Notes: generated from the sequence alone by a model not told the origin. Positions 28,931-41,390 are shown, counted from the first letter of the stretch. The stretch is 64,000 nt of DNA from Escherichia coli (GCF_003334385.1 NZ_QOWN01000002.1), one strand, 5' to 3'. A program made the numbers and translations.

Positions 28931-30094
28931 ATGAACAACTTTAATCTGCACACCCCAACCCGCATTCTGTTTGGTAAAGGCGCAATCGCTGGTTTACGCG
29001 AACAAATTCCTCACGATGCTCGCGTATTGATTACCTACGGCGGCGGCAGCGTGAAAAAAACCGGCGTTCTCGATCAAGTTCTGGATGCCCTGAAAGGCAT
29101 GGACGTGCTGGAATTTGGCGGTATTGAGCCAAACCCGGCTTATGAAACGCTGATGAACGCCGTGAAACTGGTTCGCGAACAGAAAGTGACTTTCCTGCTG
29201 GCGGTTGGCGGCGGTTCTGTACTGGACGGCACCAAATTTATCGCCGCAGCGGCTAACTATCTGGAAAATATCGATCCGTGGCACATTCTGCAAACGGGCG
29301 GTAAAGAGATTAAAAGCGCCATCCCGATGGGCTGTGTGCTGACGCTGCCAGCAACCGGTTCAGAATCCAACGCAGGCGCGGTGATCTCCCGTAAAACCAC
29401 AGGCGACAAGCAGGCGTTCCATTCTGCCCATGTTCAGCCGGTATTTGCCGTGCTCGATCCGGTTTATACCTACACCCTGCCGCCGCGTCAGGTGGCTAAC
29501 GGCGTAGTGGACGCCTTTGTACACACCGTGGAACAGTATGTTACCAAACCGGTTGATGCCAAAATTCAGGACCGTTTCGCAGAAGGCATTTTGCTGACGC
29601 TAATCGAAGATGGTCCGAAAGCCCTGAAAGAGCCAGAAAACTACGATGTGCGCGCCAACGTCATGTGGGCGGCGACTCAGGCGCTGAACGGTTTGATTGG
29701 CGCTGGCGTACCGCAGGACTGGGCAACGCATATGCTGGGCCACGAACTGACTGCGATGCACGGTCTGGATCACGCGCAAACACTGGCTATCGTCCTGCCT
29801 GCACTGTGGAATGAAAAACGCGATACCAAGCGCGCTAAGCTGCTGCAATATGCTGAACGCGTCTGGAACATCACTGAAGGTTCCGATGATGAGCGTATTG
29901 ACGCCGCGATTGCCGCAACCCGCAATTTCTTTGAGCAATTAGGCGTGCCGACCCACCTCTCCGACTACGGTCTGGACGGCAGCTCCATCCCGGCTTTGCT
30001 GAAAAAACTGGAAGAGCACGGCATGACCCAACTGGGCGAAAATCATGACATTACGTTGGATGTCAGCCGCCGTATATACGAAGCCGCCCGCTAA
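28931..30094 (+). CDS. yqhD: NADPH-dependent aldehyde reductase (Fe-ADH family)
   Basis: [27 protein letters not shown]... is recognised, 387 aa. Confidence 0.96.
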   Translation: MNNFNLHTPTRILFGKGAIAGLREQIPHDARVLITYGGGSVKKTGVLDQVLDALKGMDVLEFGGIEPNPAYETLMNAVKLVREQKVTFLLAVGGGSVLDGTKFIAAAANYLENIDPWHILQTGGKEIKSAIPMGCVLTLPATGSESNAGAVISRKTTGDKQAFHSAHVQPVFAVLDPVYTYTLPPRQVANGVVDAFVHTVEQYVTKPVDAKIQDRFAEGILLTLIEDGPKALKEPENYDVRANVMWAATQALNGLIGAGVPQDWATHMLGHELTAMHGLDHAQTLAIVLPALWNEKRDTKRAKLLQYAERVWNITEGSDDERIDAAIAATRNFFEQLGVPTHLSDYGLDGSSIPALLKKLEEHGMTQLGENHDITLDVSRRIYEAAR

Positions 30095-30198
30095 GCTTTT
30101 TACGCCTCAAACTTTCGTTTTCGGGCATTTCGTCCAGACTTAAGTTCACAACACCTCACCGGAGCCTGCTCCGGTGAGTTCATATAAAGGAGGAACGT

Positions 30199-31026
30199 AT
30201 GGCTAATCCAACCGTTATTAAGCTACAGGATGGCAATGTCATGCCCCAGCTGGGACTGGGCGTCTGGCAAGCAAGTAATGAGGAAGTAATCACCGCCATT
30301 CAAAAAGCGTTAGAAGTGGGTTATCGCTCGATTGATACCGCCGCGGCCTACAAGAACGAAGAAGGTGTCGGCAAAGCCCTGAAAAATGCCTCAGTCAACA
30401 GAGAAGAACTGTTCATCACCACTAAGCTGTGGAACGACGACCACAAGCGCCCCCGCGAAGCCCTGCTCGACAGCCTGAAAAAACTCCAGCTTGATTATAT
30501 CGACCTCTACTTAATGCACTGGCCCGTTCCCGCTATCGACCATTATGTCGAAGCATGGAAAGGCATGATCGAATTGCAAAAAGAGGGATTAATCAAAAGC
30601 ATCGGCGTGTGCAACTTCCAGATCCATCACCTGCAACGCCTGATTGATGAAACTGGCGTGACGCCTGTGATAAACCAGATCGAACTTCATCCGCTGATGC
30701 AACAACGCCAGCTACACGCCTGGAACGCGACACACAAAATCCAGACCGAATCCTGGAGCCCATTAGCGCAAGGAGGGAAAGGCGTTTTCGATCAGAAAGT
30801 CATTCGCGATCTGGCAGATAAATACGGCAAAACCCCGGCGCAGATTGTTATCCGCTGGCATCTGGATAGCGGCCTGGTGGTGATCCCGAAATCGGTCACA
30901 CCTTCACGTATTGCCGAAAACTTTGATGTCTGGGATTTCCGTCTCGACAAAGACGAACTCGGCGAAATTGCAAAACTCGATCAGGGCAAGCGTCTCGGTC
31001 CCGATCCTGACCAGTTCGGCGGCTAA
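30199..31026 (+). CDS. dkgA: 2,5-diketo-D-gluconate / methylglyoxal reductase A (AKR)
   Basis: 275 aa, MANPTVIKLQDGNVMPQLGLGVWQ... is recognised. Confidence 0.96.
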   Translation: MANPTVIKLQDGNVMPQLGLGVWQASNEEVITAIQKALEVGYRSIDTAAAYKNEEGVGKALKNASVNREELFITTKLWNDDHKRPREALLDSLKKLQLDYIDLYLMHWPVPAIDHYVEAWKGMIELQKEGLIKSIGVCNFQIHHLQRLIDETGVTPVINQIELHPLMQQRQLHAWNATHKIQTESWSPLAQGGKGVFDQKVIRDLADKYGKTPAQIVIRWHLDSGLVVIPKSVTPSRIAENFDVWDFRLDKDELGEIAKLDQGKRLGPDPDQFGG

Positions 31027-31225
31027 CATGCAAATTCTCCCGGTGGCGGTAATGTTCCGCTACCGGACTTTTCAGAAATCATTTATTCCCCTCGCGTCCC
31101 GCCCGTTGTTACTCTTCCTTGTTCAGGAATGCCAAATATAAGGACATCATCATGCAGAGCCGGAAGCTCTTAAAAGAACAACTCATCTATATCCGGGATA
31201 AACGCAACGGAGAGGTGAAAAACAG

Positions 31226-32152
31226 ATGAAAATAATACTTCTGTTTTTAGCAGCCCTGGCAAGTTTTACCGTACACGCACAGCCCCCCTCACAGACCGTA
31301 GAACAAACAGTCCGGCATATTTATCAGAACTATAAATCAGATGCCACTGCCCCTTATTTTGGTGAAACCGGAGAGCGGGCGATAACTTCTGCGCGTATTC
31401 AACAGGCGCTTACCCTGAACGACAATCTTACGCTGCCGGGCAATATTGGCTGGCTGGATTATGATCCGGTTTGTGATTGTCAGGATTTTGGCGATCTGGT
31501 GCTAGAAAGCGTTGCGATAACCCAAACTGACGCCGATCATGCCGATGCCGTTGTGCGCTTTCGTATCTTTAAAGATGATAAAGAAAAGACCACGCAGACA
31601 CTGAAAATGGTGGCGGAAAATGGTCGTTGGGTCATTGACGATATTGTCAGCAATCATGGCAGCGTCTTACAAGCAGTTAATAGCGAGAATGAAAAAACGC
31701 TGGCCGCTTTAGCTTCGTTGCAAAAAGAACAGCCGGAAGCCTTTGTTGCCGAACTCTTTGAACATATTGCTGATTATAGCTGGCCGTGGACGTGGGTGGT
31801 TTCCGACTCTTACCGCCAGGCGGTTAATGCCTTCTATAAAACCACCTTCAAGACGGCCAATAATCCCGATGAAGATATGCAAATAGAACGGCAATTTATT
31901 TACGACAATCCGATCTGTTTTGGCGAAGAGTCGCTATTTTCACGCGTTGATGAAATTCGAGCCCTGGAGAAAACCGCCGATTCCGCCCGCATTCATGTTC
32001 GTTTTACGCTGACCAATGGCAACAACGAAGAGCAAGAACTGGTTTTACAGCGGCGCGAAGGCAAGTGGGAAATCGCTGATTTTATCCGCCCGAACAGCGG
32101 CAGCCTACTTAAGCAGATTGAGGCAAAAACTGCCGCCAGATTAAAGCAATGA
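31226..32152 (+). CDS. yqhG: DUF3828-family exported protein YqhG
   Basis: 308 aa. Signal peptide MKIILLFLAALASFTVHA. Position matches K-12. Confidence 0.88.
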   Translation: MKIILLFLAALASFTVHAQPPSQTVEQTVRHIYQNYKSDATAPYFGETGERAITSARIQQALTLNDNLTLPGNIGWLDYDPVCDCQDFGDLVLESVAITQTDADHADAVVRFRIFKDDKEKTTQTLKMVAENGRWVIDDIVSNHGSVLQAVNSENEKTLAALASLQKEQPEAFVAELFEHIADYSWPWTWVVSDSYRQAVNAFYKTTFKTANNPDEDMQIERQFIYDNPICFGEESLFSRVDEIRALEKTADSARIHVRFTLTNGNNEEQELVLQRREGKWEIADFIRPNSGSLLKQIEAKTAARLKQ

Positions 32153-32202
32153 GCTGAATTAAATAACAATTAGCCGGAACAATAAATAAAAGGGAACACT
32201 AT

Positions 32203-32460
32203 ATGAAAACGATTTTCACCGTGGGAGCTGTTGTTCTGGCAACCTGCTTGCTCAGTGGCTGCGTCAATGAGCAAAAGGTCAATCAGCTGGCGAGCAATGT
32301 GCAAACATTAAATGCCAAAATCGCCCGGCTTGAGCAGGATATGAAAGCACTACGCCCACAAATCTATGCTGCCAAATCCGAAGCTAACAGAGCCAATACG
32401 CGTCTTGATGCTCAGGACTATTTTGATTGCCTGCGCTGCTTGCGTATGTACGCAGAATGA
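32203..32460 (+). CDS. yqhH: Lpp-paralogous lipoprotein YqhH
   Basis: 85 aa. Lipobox LLSGC and an Lpp-like coiled coil ([22 protein letters not shown]). Confidence 0.9.
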
Positions 32461-32467
32461 TAAAAAA

Positions 32468-32505
32468 ATCCCCGGTAGCGTGTCAGTTGCCGGGGATATT
32501 TTTTA
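32468..32505. terminator. bidirectional rho-independent terminator (yqhH / ygiQ)
   Basis: atccccgg (32468-32475) pairs with ccggggat (32490-32497). It is flanked by an A-run on the 5' side and a T-run on the 3' side. Confidence 0.7.
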
Positions 32506-34722
32506 ACGTCCAACCGCCGCTTTAGGCCGTTTCTTCGCACCAGCATTCACCGGACGAGATTGCGTAGACGACGCTTTTTTTGCCGTAGCAGGCGTCTGAC
32601 GCTGGGTCGCCATCGGCGTATGTTTCGTCAACGCCGGACGGGTATTGCGGTTCTGGCGACGAGCTTCACGCATCTCTTCAATGGTTGGCGCAGGCACTAA
32701 GCAATCGCGACGGCTGCCAATCAGATGCTTTTTGCCCATCGCTTCCAGCGCCTGGCGGATTAACGGCCAGTTTGCCGGATCGTGGTAACGCAACAACGCT
32801 TTATGCAAACGACGCTGTTTGTCGCCCTTCGGTACGAAGACGTCTTCGCTCTTATAACCAATCTTCGCCAGCGGGTTTTTCCCGGTGTAATACATGGTGG
32901 TTGAGTTCGCCAGCGGCGACGGATAGAAGTTCTGCACCTGGTCGAGGCGGAAGCGGTGCTTTTTCAGCCACAGCGCCAGATTCACCATATCTTCATCACG
33001 CGTACCGGGGTGCGCGGAGATGAAATAGGGGATCAGATACTGCTCTTTACCTGCCTGTTTTGAGTAAGTATCGAACAGCTCTTTAAAGCGGTCATAGCTG
33101 CCCATGCCCGGCTTCATCATCTTCGATAACGGCCCTTCTTCGGTATGTTCCGGGGCAATCTTCAGATAACCGCCGACGTGATGGGTCGCCAGTTCTTTGA
33201 TATAGCGCGGATCTTCTACGGCTATGTCATAACGCACACCAGAGGCAATCAGGATCTTTTTAATGCCTTTCAGATCACGCGCACGGCGATAGAGGTTGAT
33301 CGTTGGTTCGTGGTTCGTGTCCATGTGCGGACAAATATCCGGATAAACGCACGACAAACGGCGACAAGTTTGTTCAGCGCGTGGCGATTTGCAGCGCAAC
33401 ATATACATGTTGGCAGTTGGCCCACCAAGATCGGAAATCACGCCCGTAAAACCTGGAACGGTGTCGCGGATCGCTTCGATCTCATTAATGATCGAATCTT
33501 CGGAACGGCTCTGAATAATGCGCCCTTCGTGCTCGGTGATAGAACAGAAAGAGCAGCCGCCAAAGCAGCCACGCATAATGTTGACCGAAAAACGGATCAT
33601 TTCGTAAGCCGGAATACGGGCATTGCCATAGGCCGGATGTGGCACGCGCTTGTATGGCAGCGCAAAAACGCTGTCCATCTCTTCGGTAGAAAGCGGAATA
33701 GCAGGCGGGTTGATCCACACATAGCGGTCGCCGTGTTTTTGCATCAATGCGCGGGCACAGCCTGGGTTGGTTTCGTGGTGCAGAATACGCGAAGCATGGG
33801 CGTACAGCACTTTATCGCCCTTCACTTTCTCGAAAGAAGGCAGCAACACGTAGGTTTTTTCCCACGGTTTCGGGCGCGGTGGCTGCACGGTTACGGCTTT
33901 GGCTTCCTGCTTTTTCGGTGCCACCGGTTTGTTATCCGCGCACGGCAAATCTTCACCATACGGATGCGGGATTGGGTCGATTTTTCCAGGGGTATCAAGA
34001 CGGGTGGAATCCACGCCGCTCCAGCCAGGCAGCGCCTCTTTCACGATAATCGCGGTATTACGCACATCGCGGATTTCACTAATTGGCTCGCCCATCGCCA
34101 GACGATGCGCCACTTCCACCAGCGGACGCTCACCGTTACCAAACATCAGCATGTCGGCTTTCGAATCCACCAGCACGGAACGGCGCACGGTATCGGACCA
34201 GTAATCATAATGCGCGGTACGGCGCAGACTAGCCTCAATACCGCCGAGGATCACCGGTACATCTTTCCACGCCTCTTTACAACGCTGGGTATAAACCAGT
34301 GTGGCGCGATCCGGGCGCTTACCCGCGACGTTATCCGGCGTGTAGGCATCGTCATGACGTAAACGGCGATCGGCGGTATAACGGTTGATCATCGAATCCA
34401 TGTTGCCAGCAGTAACACCGAAAAACAGATTCGGTTTACCCAGACGCATAAAGTCGTCTTTGCTGCTCCAGTCCGGCTGGGCGATGATCCCGACGCGAAA
34501 GCCCTGCGCTTCCAGCATACGACCGCAAATCGCCATCCCGAAGCTTGGGTGATCGACATACGCGTCGCCAGTAACCAAAATGATGTCGCAGCTATCCCAG
34601 CCAAGTTGATCCATCTCTTCACGAGACATCGGCAAAAACGGTGCCGGTCCAAAACAGGCGGCCCAGTACTGCGGCCAGGAGAACAGGTCGCGATCCGGTT
34701 GGATCAGGGAGATAGAGCTCAT
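32503..34722 (-). CDS. ygiQ: UPF0313 radical-SAM protein YgiQ
   Basis: 739 aa. CxxxCxxC motif in [13 protein letters not shown] and a basic low-complexity C-terminal tail. Confidence 0.92.
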   Translation of the reverse strand: MSSISLIQPDRDLFSWPQYWAACFGPAPFLPMSREEMDQLGWDSCDIILVTGDAYVDHPSFGMAICGRMLEAQGFRVGIIAQPDWSSKDDFMRLGKPNLFFGVTAGNMDSMINRYTADRRLRHDDAYTPDNVAGKRPDRATLVYTQRCKEAWKDVPVILGGIEASLRRTAHYDYWSDTVRRSVLVDSKADMLMFGNGERPLVEVAHRLAMGEPISEIRDVRNTAIIVKEALPGWSGVDSTRLDTPGKIDPIPHPYGEDLPCADNKPVAPKKQEAKAVTVQPPRPKPWEKTYVLLPSFEKVKGDKVLYAHASRILHHETNPGCARALMQKHGDRYVWINPPAIPLSTEEMDSVFALPYKRVPHPAYGNARIPAYEMIRFSVNIMRGCFGGCSFCSITEHEGRIIQSRSEDSIINEIEAIRDTVPGFTGVISDLGGPTANMYMLRCKSPRAEQTCRRLSCVYPDICPHMDTNHEPTINLYRRARDLKGIKKILIASGVRYDIAVEDPRYIKELATHHVGGYLKIAPEHTEEGPLSKMMKPGMGSYDRFKELFDTYSKQAGKEQYLIPYFISAHPGTRDEDMVNLALWLKKHRFRLDQVQNFYPSPLANSTTMYYTGKNPLAKIGYKSEDVFVPKGDKQRRLHKALLRYHDPANWPLIRQALEAMGKKHLIGSRRDCLVPAPTIEEMREARRQNRNTRPALTKHTPMATQRQTPATAKKASSTQSRPVNAGAKKRPKAAVGR

Positions 34723-34832
34723 TTTGCTTCCAGAAATGATAAAAAAATAATCAAAGGCCGGGGATTATAAGCCGGAACGAAAGAGAAATCGAAAGGTATT
34801 CCATACTCGCCCTCCTCGGGCGAGTATGAAGA

Positions 34833-36245
34833 TTACGGTACCGGATTGACCAACAGTTGCCCAATCGAGCCACGGTCCGCCATTTCCAGCGTCTGACTGT
34901 TGAAGTAGAACGGGAAGTGCGCCCAGGAAGGCTGACCGAAATAAACAAGCAGCTCCACTTGTCCGTCAACCCAAACGGTATCTTTCCAGCCTCTGTCTTC
35001 CGGGAACGGCATCGCGCCATTCACGTTACGGATCTGGAACATTACGCCTTCAATATGGAACGCTTGCGGCTCGTCCGCGCGTACCGTCCAGCGTTCCCAC
35101 GTTCCTTGCTGCGCGGTGACATCAATACGGTTGACGTCCCACAGCTGTCCATTAATACCCGGGTCATCACCCAGACTGATATCGCGACTGCGAATTGGCG
35201 AACCAGCCATGATTTCAGTTGGCAGCAAGCGCATCGGAAGACTGTCTGTGACCAGCGGCAGAAGGCCGGTTGGGCGCAGCGTTAGCACCAGGGTAGAAAC
35301 CAGAATACTGGATGGCTCAAAGAAGCCACGAATACGATCAACAATGCTCGCCGCTTCGCCACAGGTGATCGACACTTCATCGCCGTTGCTCATATCCACC
35401 AGAATCTCGCGGCGCTCGCCCGGTGCCAGCGAAAGTTGCTTCACCGATACAGGAGCAGGCAGGAATCCCTGATCGCCAGAAATCACATGTAACGGGCGAC
35501 CATCGTTCATCTGTAGTTGATAGCGACGAGAGTTCGACGCGTTCAGCAGTCGCAAGCGCACCCAGCCACGCGAGACTTCAACGTACGGGCTTTGTACACC
35601 GTTAACCAGCAGCGTATCACCAACAAAGCCGCCGCTTCCCGGTTCGTTGTATTCTGGCGTACCAAAGTTATCCAGCCGTTTATCCTGGATAATGACCGGA
35701 AAATCATCCACACCATAATGGTTGGGGATAGGCAGCGACTTGCTGACTTCATCTTCCACCAGCCACATTCCGGCAAGGCCGTTATAGACCTGCTGAGCCG
35801 TGCGGTTGGGAGTATTGGCGTGATACCACAGAGTAGCTGCGTTCTGGCGAATGGGCAGTACGGGTGCCCAGTCAGCGTTTGGCGACATCATCCGTGCCGG
35901 ACCGCCCATCAGCGGGCCTGGTACCTGTAGCCCGGCCACCGTCATTGAGACATTTTCTGTCAGGCGGTTGCTGTAAATAAGCTTAACATCGTCGCCCTTC
36001 CAGACGCGGATAGTCGGCCCCAGGTAACGACCATTGATTCCCCAGACCGACGCGCGTGTCCCTGGCGTAAATGACCAGTGCGCACGTTGTACAGTCATAA
36101 ACAGCGGTTGCCCACGGCGAGATTCAAGTAGCGGCGGAACGGGTAGCGGTTGCTGTTGCCCGGCTGCGCTGGCCTTCAGGGGAACAGCGCCTGCACAAAG
36201 TGCAATCCCCGATGCCTGAATGAACTGACGCCGACTGAGTGACAT
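34833..36245 (-). CDS. ftsP: Tat-exported multicopper-oxidase-like cell division protein FtsP (SufI)
   Basis: 470 aa. Twin-arginine signal MSLSRRQFIQASGIALCAGA. Recognised sequence. Confidence 0.96.
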   Translation of the reverse strand: MSLSRRQFIQASGIALCAGAVPLKASAAGQQQPLPVPPLLESRRGQPLFMTVQRAHWSFTPGTRASVWGINGRYLGPTIRVWKGDDVKLIYSNRLTENVSMTVAGLQVPGPLMGGPARMMSPNADWAPVLPIRQNAATLWYHANTPNRTAQQVYNGLAGMWLVEDEVSKSLPIPNHYGVDDFPVIIQDKRLDNFGTPEYNEPGSGGFVGDTLLVNGVQSPYVEVSRGWVRLRLLNASNSRRYQLQMNDGRPLHVISGDQGFLPAPVSVKQLSLAPGERREILVDMSNGDEVSITCGEAASIVDRIRGFFEPSSILVSTLVLTLRPTGLLPLVTDSLPMRLLPTEIMAGSPIRSRDISLGDDPGINGQLWDVNRIDVTAQQGTWERWTVRADEPQAFHIEGVMFQIRNVNGAMPFPEDRGWKDTVWVDGQVELLVYFGQPSWAHFPFYFNSQTLEMADRGSIGQLLVNPVP

Positions 36246-36319
36246 ATTTGCTCCATGTAAAACTGGCTAAAGTAATACCGTGCAGGAAAGTGTTCCCCGC
36301 AAAAATACAGATTGCCGAC

Positions 36320-37057
36320 TTAAACTTTTCCGGCGGCTTCGCGTTCTGCGACTTCTTTATCGAGCTCGGCGATTTTTTGTTCCATTATCGAACGACAATG
36401 GGCAGCCAGCTCACGAACCTGATCTTTGCCATACTGACTGACGTCAATTGGCGGCAGCATTTCGACAATCACCAGACCGTTGTGCAGTCGATTAAGATTA
36501 ATCTTATTCGAAGTTGTAGAGACGCACACGGGAATAATCGGGACGCCCGCCGCAATTGCCGCGTGAAATGCTCCAGTCTTGAACGGTAGCAGGCCGCGAC
36601 CACGGCTGCGGGTTCCTTCCGGGAACATCCAGATGGAAATACGGCGTTTTTTGAAGTGATTCACTACTTCCGCAATGGTGCCGTGAGCTTTAGTGCGATT
36701 GTTTCTGTCGATCAATAAGTTGCCGGTTAACCAGTACAACTGCCCGAAGAAGGGGATCCACAGCAAGCTCTTTTTACCTACCGTCACCGTCGGCGGTTGC
36801 ACGATGTTCGATGCTGTCACCATGTCATAGTTGTTCTGGTGGTTAGCGATATAGATAGCATTGCCGTAGCTTTCAGCGTCTGTAGGTTTACGGCACTCAA
36901 CTTTCAGGCCAAACAGCGGCGCAAGACGGCCAAACATATGCCCAAAGGTGGCCACATGTTTCGGGTTACGCGGGCTGAAAAGGCAGTAAATGGAGCCGAA
37001 TACACAGACTAAGATGCTGTAAATCACGGTAATAATAAGACGAAAGATATATAGCAT
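36320..37057 (-). CDS. plsC: 1-acyl-sn-glycerol-3-phosphate acyltransferase
   Basis: 245 aa. HX4D acyltransferase motif (ANHQNNYD) and a FPEGTR motif. Confidence 0.96.
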   Translation of the reverse strand: MLYIFRLIITVIYSILVCVFGSIYCLFSPRNPKHVATFGHMFGRLAPLFGLKVECRKPTDAESYGNAIYIANHQNNYDMVTASNIVQPPTVTVGKKSLLWIPFFGQLYWLTGNLLIDRNNRTKAHGTIAEVVNHFKKRRISIWMFPEGTRSRGRGLLPFKTGAFHAAIAAGVPIIPVCVSTTSNKINLNRLHNGLVIVEMLPPIDVSQYGKDQVRELAAHCRSIMEQKIAELDKEVAEREAAGKV

Positions 37058-37290
37058 AACACCCTCTGAAGGTCTGAGAGACTGGCATTGTACGTCACCT
37101 GAAATCAGGTTAGGGCATTGTTAAAAGCCGCTCTCTGGAAAAGCGTATTGTTAATCGCAACGCATGAATAAACAACGGTTTCAAGGGAATTTTTATCGTT
37201 TCCGGGGGTTGAATACGCTGCCGGATGACGACTTAACGTTTCATCCGGCGTTCCTTGCAAGCGGGAGGAAACAGCGCCCTCCCCGGCATA

Positions 37291-39549
37291 TTACTCTTCG
37301 CTATCACCGCTGCTGGCACGGCGAGGAGAGTCGATCTCAACACGATCGATACGCTGCAAACCGCGCATCAACGTACCGCGGCGTCCACGTTCGCCAGTGA
37401 CTTTCTGTAACTCTTCCGGGCGCAGTTTAATTTTGCGTTTCCCAACATGAATGGTCAGCGTGCTTTGCGGCGGCAGAACGTACAATTGCGCCAGACCATC
37501 TTCTCCACGCGCGGCTTCTGCCGATGGAATGTTGATAATCTTGTTGCCTTTGCCCTTCGACAGCTGCGGCAGATCACTTACCGGGAACATCAACATACGG
37601 CCTGCCTGAGTGATTGCCAGCAGCATATCGGAAGCATCTTCAATCACCACCGGCGGCATAACATGGGCATTTTCCGGTAAGGTGATCAAAGCCTTACCTG
37701 CACGGTTACGCGCCACCAGATCGTTAAAGGTGCAGACGAAACCGTAACCCGCATCGGAAGCCATCAGCAGTTTCTGATCGTCGCTTTCCATCAGCATATG
37801 GTCAACGGTCGCCCCAGGCGGCAACGTTAATTTGCCGGTGAGCGGCTCGCCCTGACCACGCGCCGACGGCAGCGTAATCGGGTCAATGGCATAGCTACGA
37901 CCGGTGGAATCAACAAACACTACCGGTTGGTTGCTCTTACCTTTCACCGCCGCTTTGAAGCTATCACCCGCTTTATAATTCAGGCCCGGCGCGTCGATAT
38001 CATGGCCTTTAGCGCTGCGTACCCAGCCCATCTGCGACAGCACAATGGTGACAGGTTCAGACGGCAGCATGTCGTGCTCGCTCATCGCTTTCGCTTCTTC
38101 GCGTTCCTGCAACGGCGAACGACGATCGTCACCGTAGGCTTGCGCGTCTGCCTGCAGTTCTTTCTTCAGCAGGTTATTCATTTTACGCTCGGAAGCCAAA
38201 ATGCCCTGCAACTGGTCGCGCTCTTTTTCCAGTTCACTCTGCTCACCGCGAATCTTCATCTCTTCCAGTTTGGCAAGATGACGCAGTTTCAGTTCGAGGA
38301 TCGCTTCCGCCTGGGTTTCCGTAAGGCCAAACCGCGACATCAGCGCCGGTTTCGGTTCATCTTCATTACGAATGATCTCAATCACTTCGTCGATATTGAG
38401 AAACGCCACCAGCAAACCTTCGAGGATATGCAGGCGCTTGAGGACTTTCTCCAGACGATAGTTCAGTCGGCGGCGCACGGTATCGCGGCGGAACACCAGC
38501 CATTCGGAGAGGATTTCCAGCAGGTTTTTCACCGCCGGACGACCATCCAGACCGATCATATTAAGGTTAATACGATAGCTCTTTTCCAGATCGGTGGTAG
38601 CGAAGAGGTGGTTCATCACCTGATCCATATCCACGCGGTTGGAACGCGGCACAATCACCAGGCGGGTCGGGTTCTCGTGGTCAGATTCATCGCGCAGATC
38701 GTCAACCATCGGCAGCTTTTTGTTGCGCATTTGCGCAGCAATTTGCTCCAGTACGCGCACACCTGAAACCTGATGCGGCAATGCGCTGATAACCACCGCG
38801 CCATCTTCTTTCTTCCACACCGCGCGCATACGCACTGAACCACGTCCGTTCTCGTAGATTTTACGGATCTCGGCGCGCGAAGTGATAATTTCCGCTTCAG
38901 TCGGATAATCCGGCCCCTGCACGATATCCAGCAGCTGATCGAGCGTGGTTTTCGGCTGGTCGATTAATGCGATTGCCGCCTGAGCCACTTCACGCAGGTT
39001 ATGCGGTGGAATATCGGTCGCCATGCCGACGGCAATACCGGTGGTGCCGTTAAGCAAAATGTTTGGCAGACGGGCAGGTAGCATTTTCGGCTCCTGCAAA
39101 GTGCCGTCGAAGTTTGGCACCCAGTCAGCCGTCCCCTGCCCCAGCTCGCTCAATAGCAGCTCGGAATATTTCGACAACCGGGATTCGGTGTAACGCATTG
39201 CCGCGAACGATTTCGGATCGTCCGGCGCGCCCCAGTTCCCCTGACCATCAACCAGCGGATAACGGTAAGAGAACGGTTGCGCCATCAGGACCATCGCTTC
39301 ATAACAGGCGCTATCGCCGTGCGGATGGTATTTACCCAGTACGTCACCGACGGTACGGGCCGATTTTTTAAATTTGGCGCTGGCATTCAGGCCCAGTTCA
39401 GACATCGCATACACAATGCGGCGCTGAACAGGTTTCAGACCATCACCAATAAACGGCAACGCACGGTCCATGATCACGTACATGGAGTAGTTTAAGTAGG
39501 CGTTTTCCGTAAATTCATGTAGCGCAAGGCGCTCTGCCATATCGCTCAT
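37291..39549 (-). CDS. parC: DNA topoisomerase IV subunit A
   Basis: 752 aa. Catalytic Tyr context [10 protein letters not shown]. The QRDR reads [12 protein letters not shown], i.e. Ser80 and Glu84 by my residue count. Confidence 0.97.
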
Positions 39550-39686
39550 TAATTCTGATTCCTCAACTTATTCGCCAGCCTTCAAAGGGGCAATATTGCC
39601 GGAGATACTACATTATCTGCCGCGTCGAGTCACAGGAGATCAGCGTGAATAGCGCCGCCGGACGTGCTCCGACGGCGATAAAGGCA

Positions 39687-41294
39687 TCAATGTGCCTTGA
39701 TATACAACTCTTTGCTGTAGACATAATCCTGGGGATTATGCAGCGGAAAACCGCCAACGTAGGGTTTAAGCAGTTTGATTAACGGCTGATAGTAGATAGG
39801 AATCAGCGGTGCCTGTTGGTTGATGATCACTTCTGCCTGCTGATACAACGCATTACGCTTTGTCGCATCAGTGATCTGCGTGGCCTGGTTTAGTAAGGCG
39901 TCATACTGCGCATTTTTCCAGTGACCGACGTTTTCTTCACTATCGCTTTTGAGCGTGTTCAGGAAGCTGGAAGCATCATTGTACGTCGCATCCCACGACT
40001 GCCGAGACAGCATGAAATCACCGGCTCGTCGGGCATCAAGATAGGTTTTCCACTCCATTGTGCGCAGCGTCACCTGTGCACCCAGCCATTTTTTCCATTC
40101 GGAAGACAACGCTATCGCGGTCTTTTCATGCAGATCGTACTTGTTGTAGAACAGCTCAAAGCGTAGCGGATGAGAGGCGTCGTATCCCGCCTGTTTCAGC
40201 AAGGCTTTTGCCATCGCGACGCGCTCACTCATTGGCTTTTGCAGTTCATCGAACGTCGTCGCGCTAAAGCCTTTTACCTCTGGCGGCGTCAGCGTGGTTG
40301 CGGGCGTTCTCAACCCCAGTACCTTTTGCGCAATAAGCTGTCGATCAACCGTAAGATATAGCGCCCGACGCACTCGCACATCGTTAAATGGCGGTTTCTC
40401 AAGGTTGAAGTTGTAATATTCGCTGTTCAGACGCGGAATAATTCGTAGCTCGCCAGGCAGTGATTTTTCAATGGCGGGAATTTGCTGCGCCGGAACCCAG
40501 GTGAGATCGACCTCTCCCGCGCGATAGCGGTTATAGCCGGTGACCGAATTATCTAGCGCCAGATACTCAACCTGTTGCAATACTGTATGTTGCGCATCGC
40601 GGTACTTTGGATTTTTGCGTGCAGTAATCTTTTCGTTAACTACCCACTGATCAAGCACAAAGGCACCGTTGTAAACCATGTTCTCTGGCTTACTCCAGCT
40701 ATCGCCATGTTTAGCGATGACATGATGAGGAACCGGGAACAGCGTCGGCCAGGCGAGCATCGTCGTGAACCAAGGAACCGGCTGCTCAAGCGTAACTTCA
40801 AGAGTACGATCATCCGTCGCTTTGACACCCAGCGATGTAACATCTGCTTTACCCGCAACAATAGCTGCGGCATTGTTAATGTGCGCCTGTGCCAGATAGC
40901 CAGCAAAAGGGCTTGCCGTTTTCGGGTCAACCGCGCGCTGCCAGCCGAGGACAAAATCCTCTGCCGTCAGAGGCTGACCGTCGGACCACTGCAAACCGCT
41001 ACGCAGATGGAAAATATAGCGCTTGCCGCCGTCCAGTATCTCCCAGCGTTCAGCCTGAGCGGGCTGCACCTGGCCTTCACCGTCCATCCATACCAGACCT
41101 TCAAACAGATCCAGCACAATCTGCGCGGCAGTATTCTCCTCCACCTTTTGCGGGTCGAGCGTACCTGGGTCGCTATGATTGTTGTAACGAAAGACTTGTT
41201 GCGGGGCGAGCGGTGTGTTGGCGGGAACGTCAGCAGCGTAGAGAGGAGCCGCACTTACCAGGCTGACCAGCCATAATAAATTTCGCGTATACAT
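39687..41294 (-). CDS. ygiS: periplasmic solute-binding protein (family 5, OppA-like) YgiS
   Basis: MYTRNLLWLVSLVSAAPLYA signal peptide. The internal ATG (41292-41294) of ORF 39687..41357 is taken, giving 535 aa. Confidence 0.92.
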   Translation of the reverse strand: MYTRNLLWLVSLVSAAPLYAADVPANTPLAPQQVFRYNNHSDPGTLDPQKVEENTAAQIVLDLFEGLVWMDGEGQVQPAQAERWEILDGGKRYIFHLRSGLQWSDGQPLTAEDFVLGWQRAVDPKTASPFAGYLAQAHINNAAAIVAGKADVTSLGVKATDDRTLEVTLEQPVPWFTTMLAWPTLFPVPHHVIAKHGDSWSKPENMVYNGAFVLDQWVVNEKITARKNPKYRDAQHTVLQQVEYLALDNSVTGYNRYRAGEVDLTWVPAQQIPAIEKSLPGELRIIPRLNSEYYNFNLEKPPFNDVRVRRALYLTVDRQLIAQKVLGLRTPATTLTPPEVKGFSATTFDELQKPMSERVAMAKALLKQAGYDASHPLRFELFYNKYDLHEKTAIALSSEWKKWLGAQVTLRTMEWKTYLDARRAGDFMLSRQSWDATYNDASSFLNTLKSDSEENVGHWKNAQYDALLNQATQITDATKRNALYQQAEVIINQQAPLIPIYYQPLIKLLKPYVGGFPLHNPQDYVYSKELYIKAH

Positions 41295-41390
41295 GGTATT
41301 CCTTACCGGAGAAATTATAAGCCCAACAACAATACGCCTGTGGCATTGTTCGCTCAAACTTATCGCGAGTGATTTGGCTCACACTCCGGT

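Noticed and set aside
33145-34362. 405-aa plus-strand ORF inside ygiQ. Similar long antisense ORFs occur at 10392-11312 (gss), 15567-16517 (hybC), 37927-38766 (parC), 40575-41276 (ygiS) and 47355-48044 (parE).
   Set aside because: All lie antisense to confidently identified genes. They have Arg/His/Phe-rich low-complexity translations typical of antisense frames of GC-balanced E. coli genes. There is no independent start or RBS evidence.
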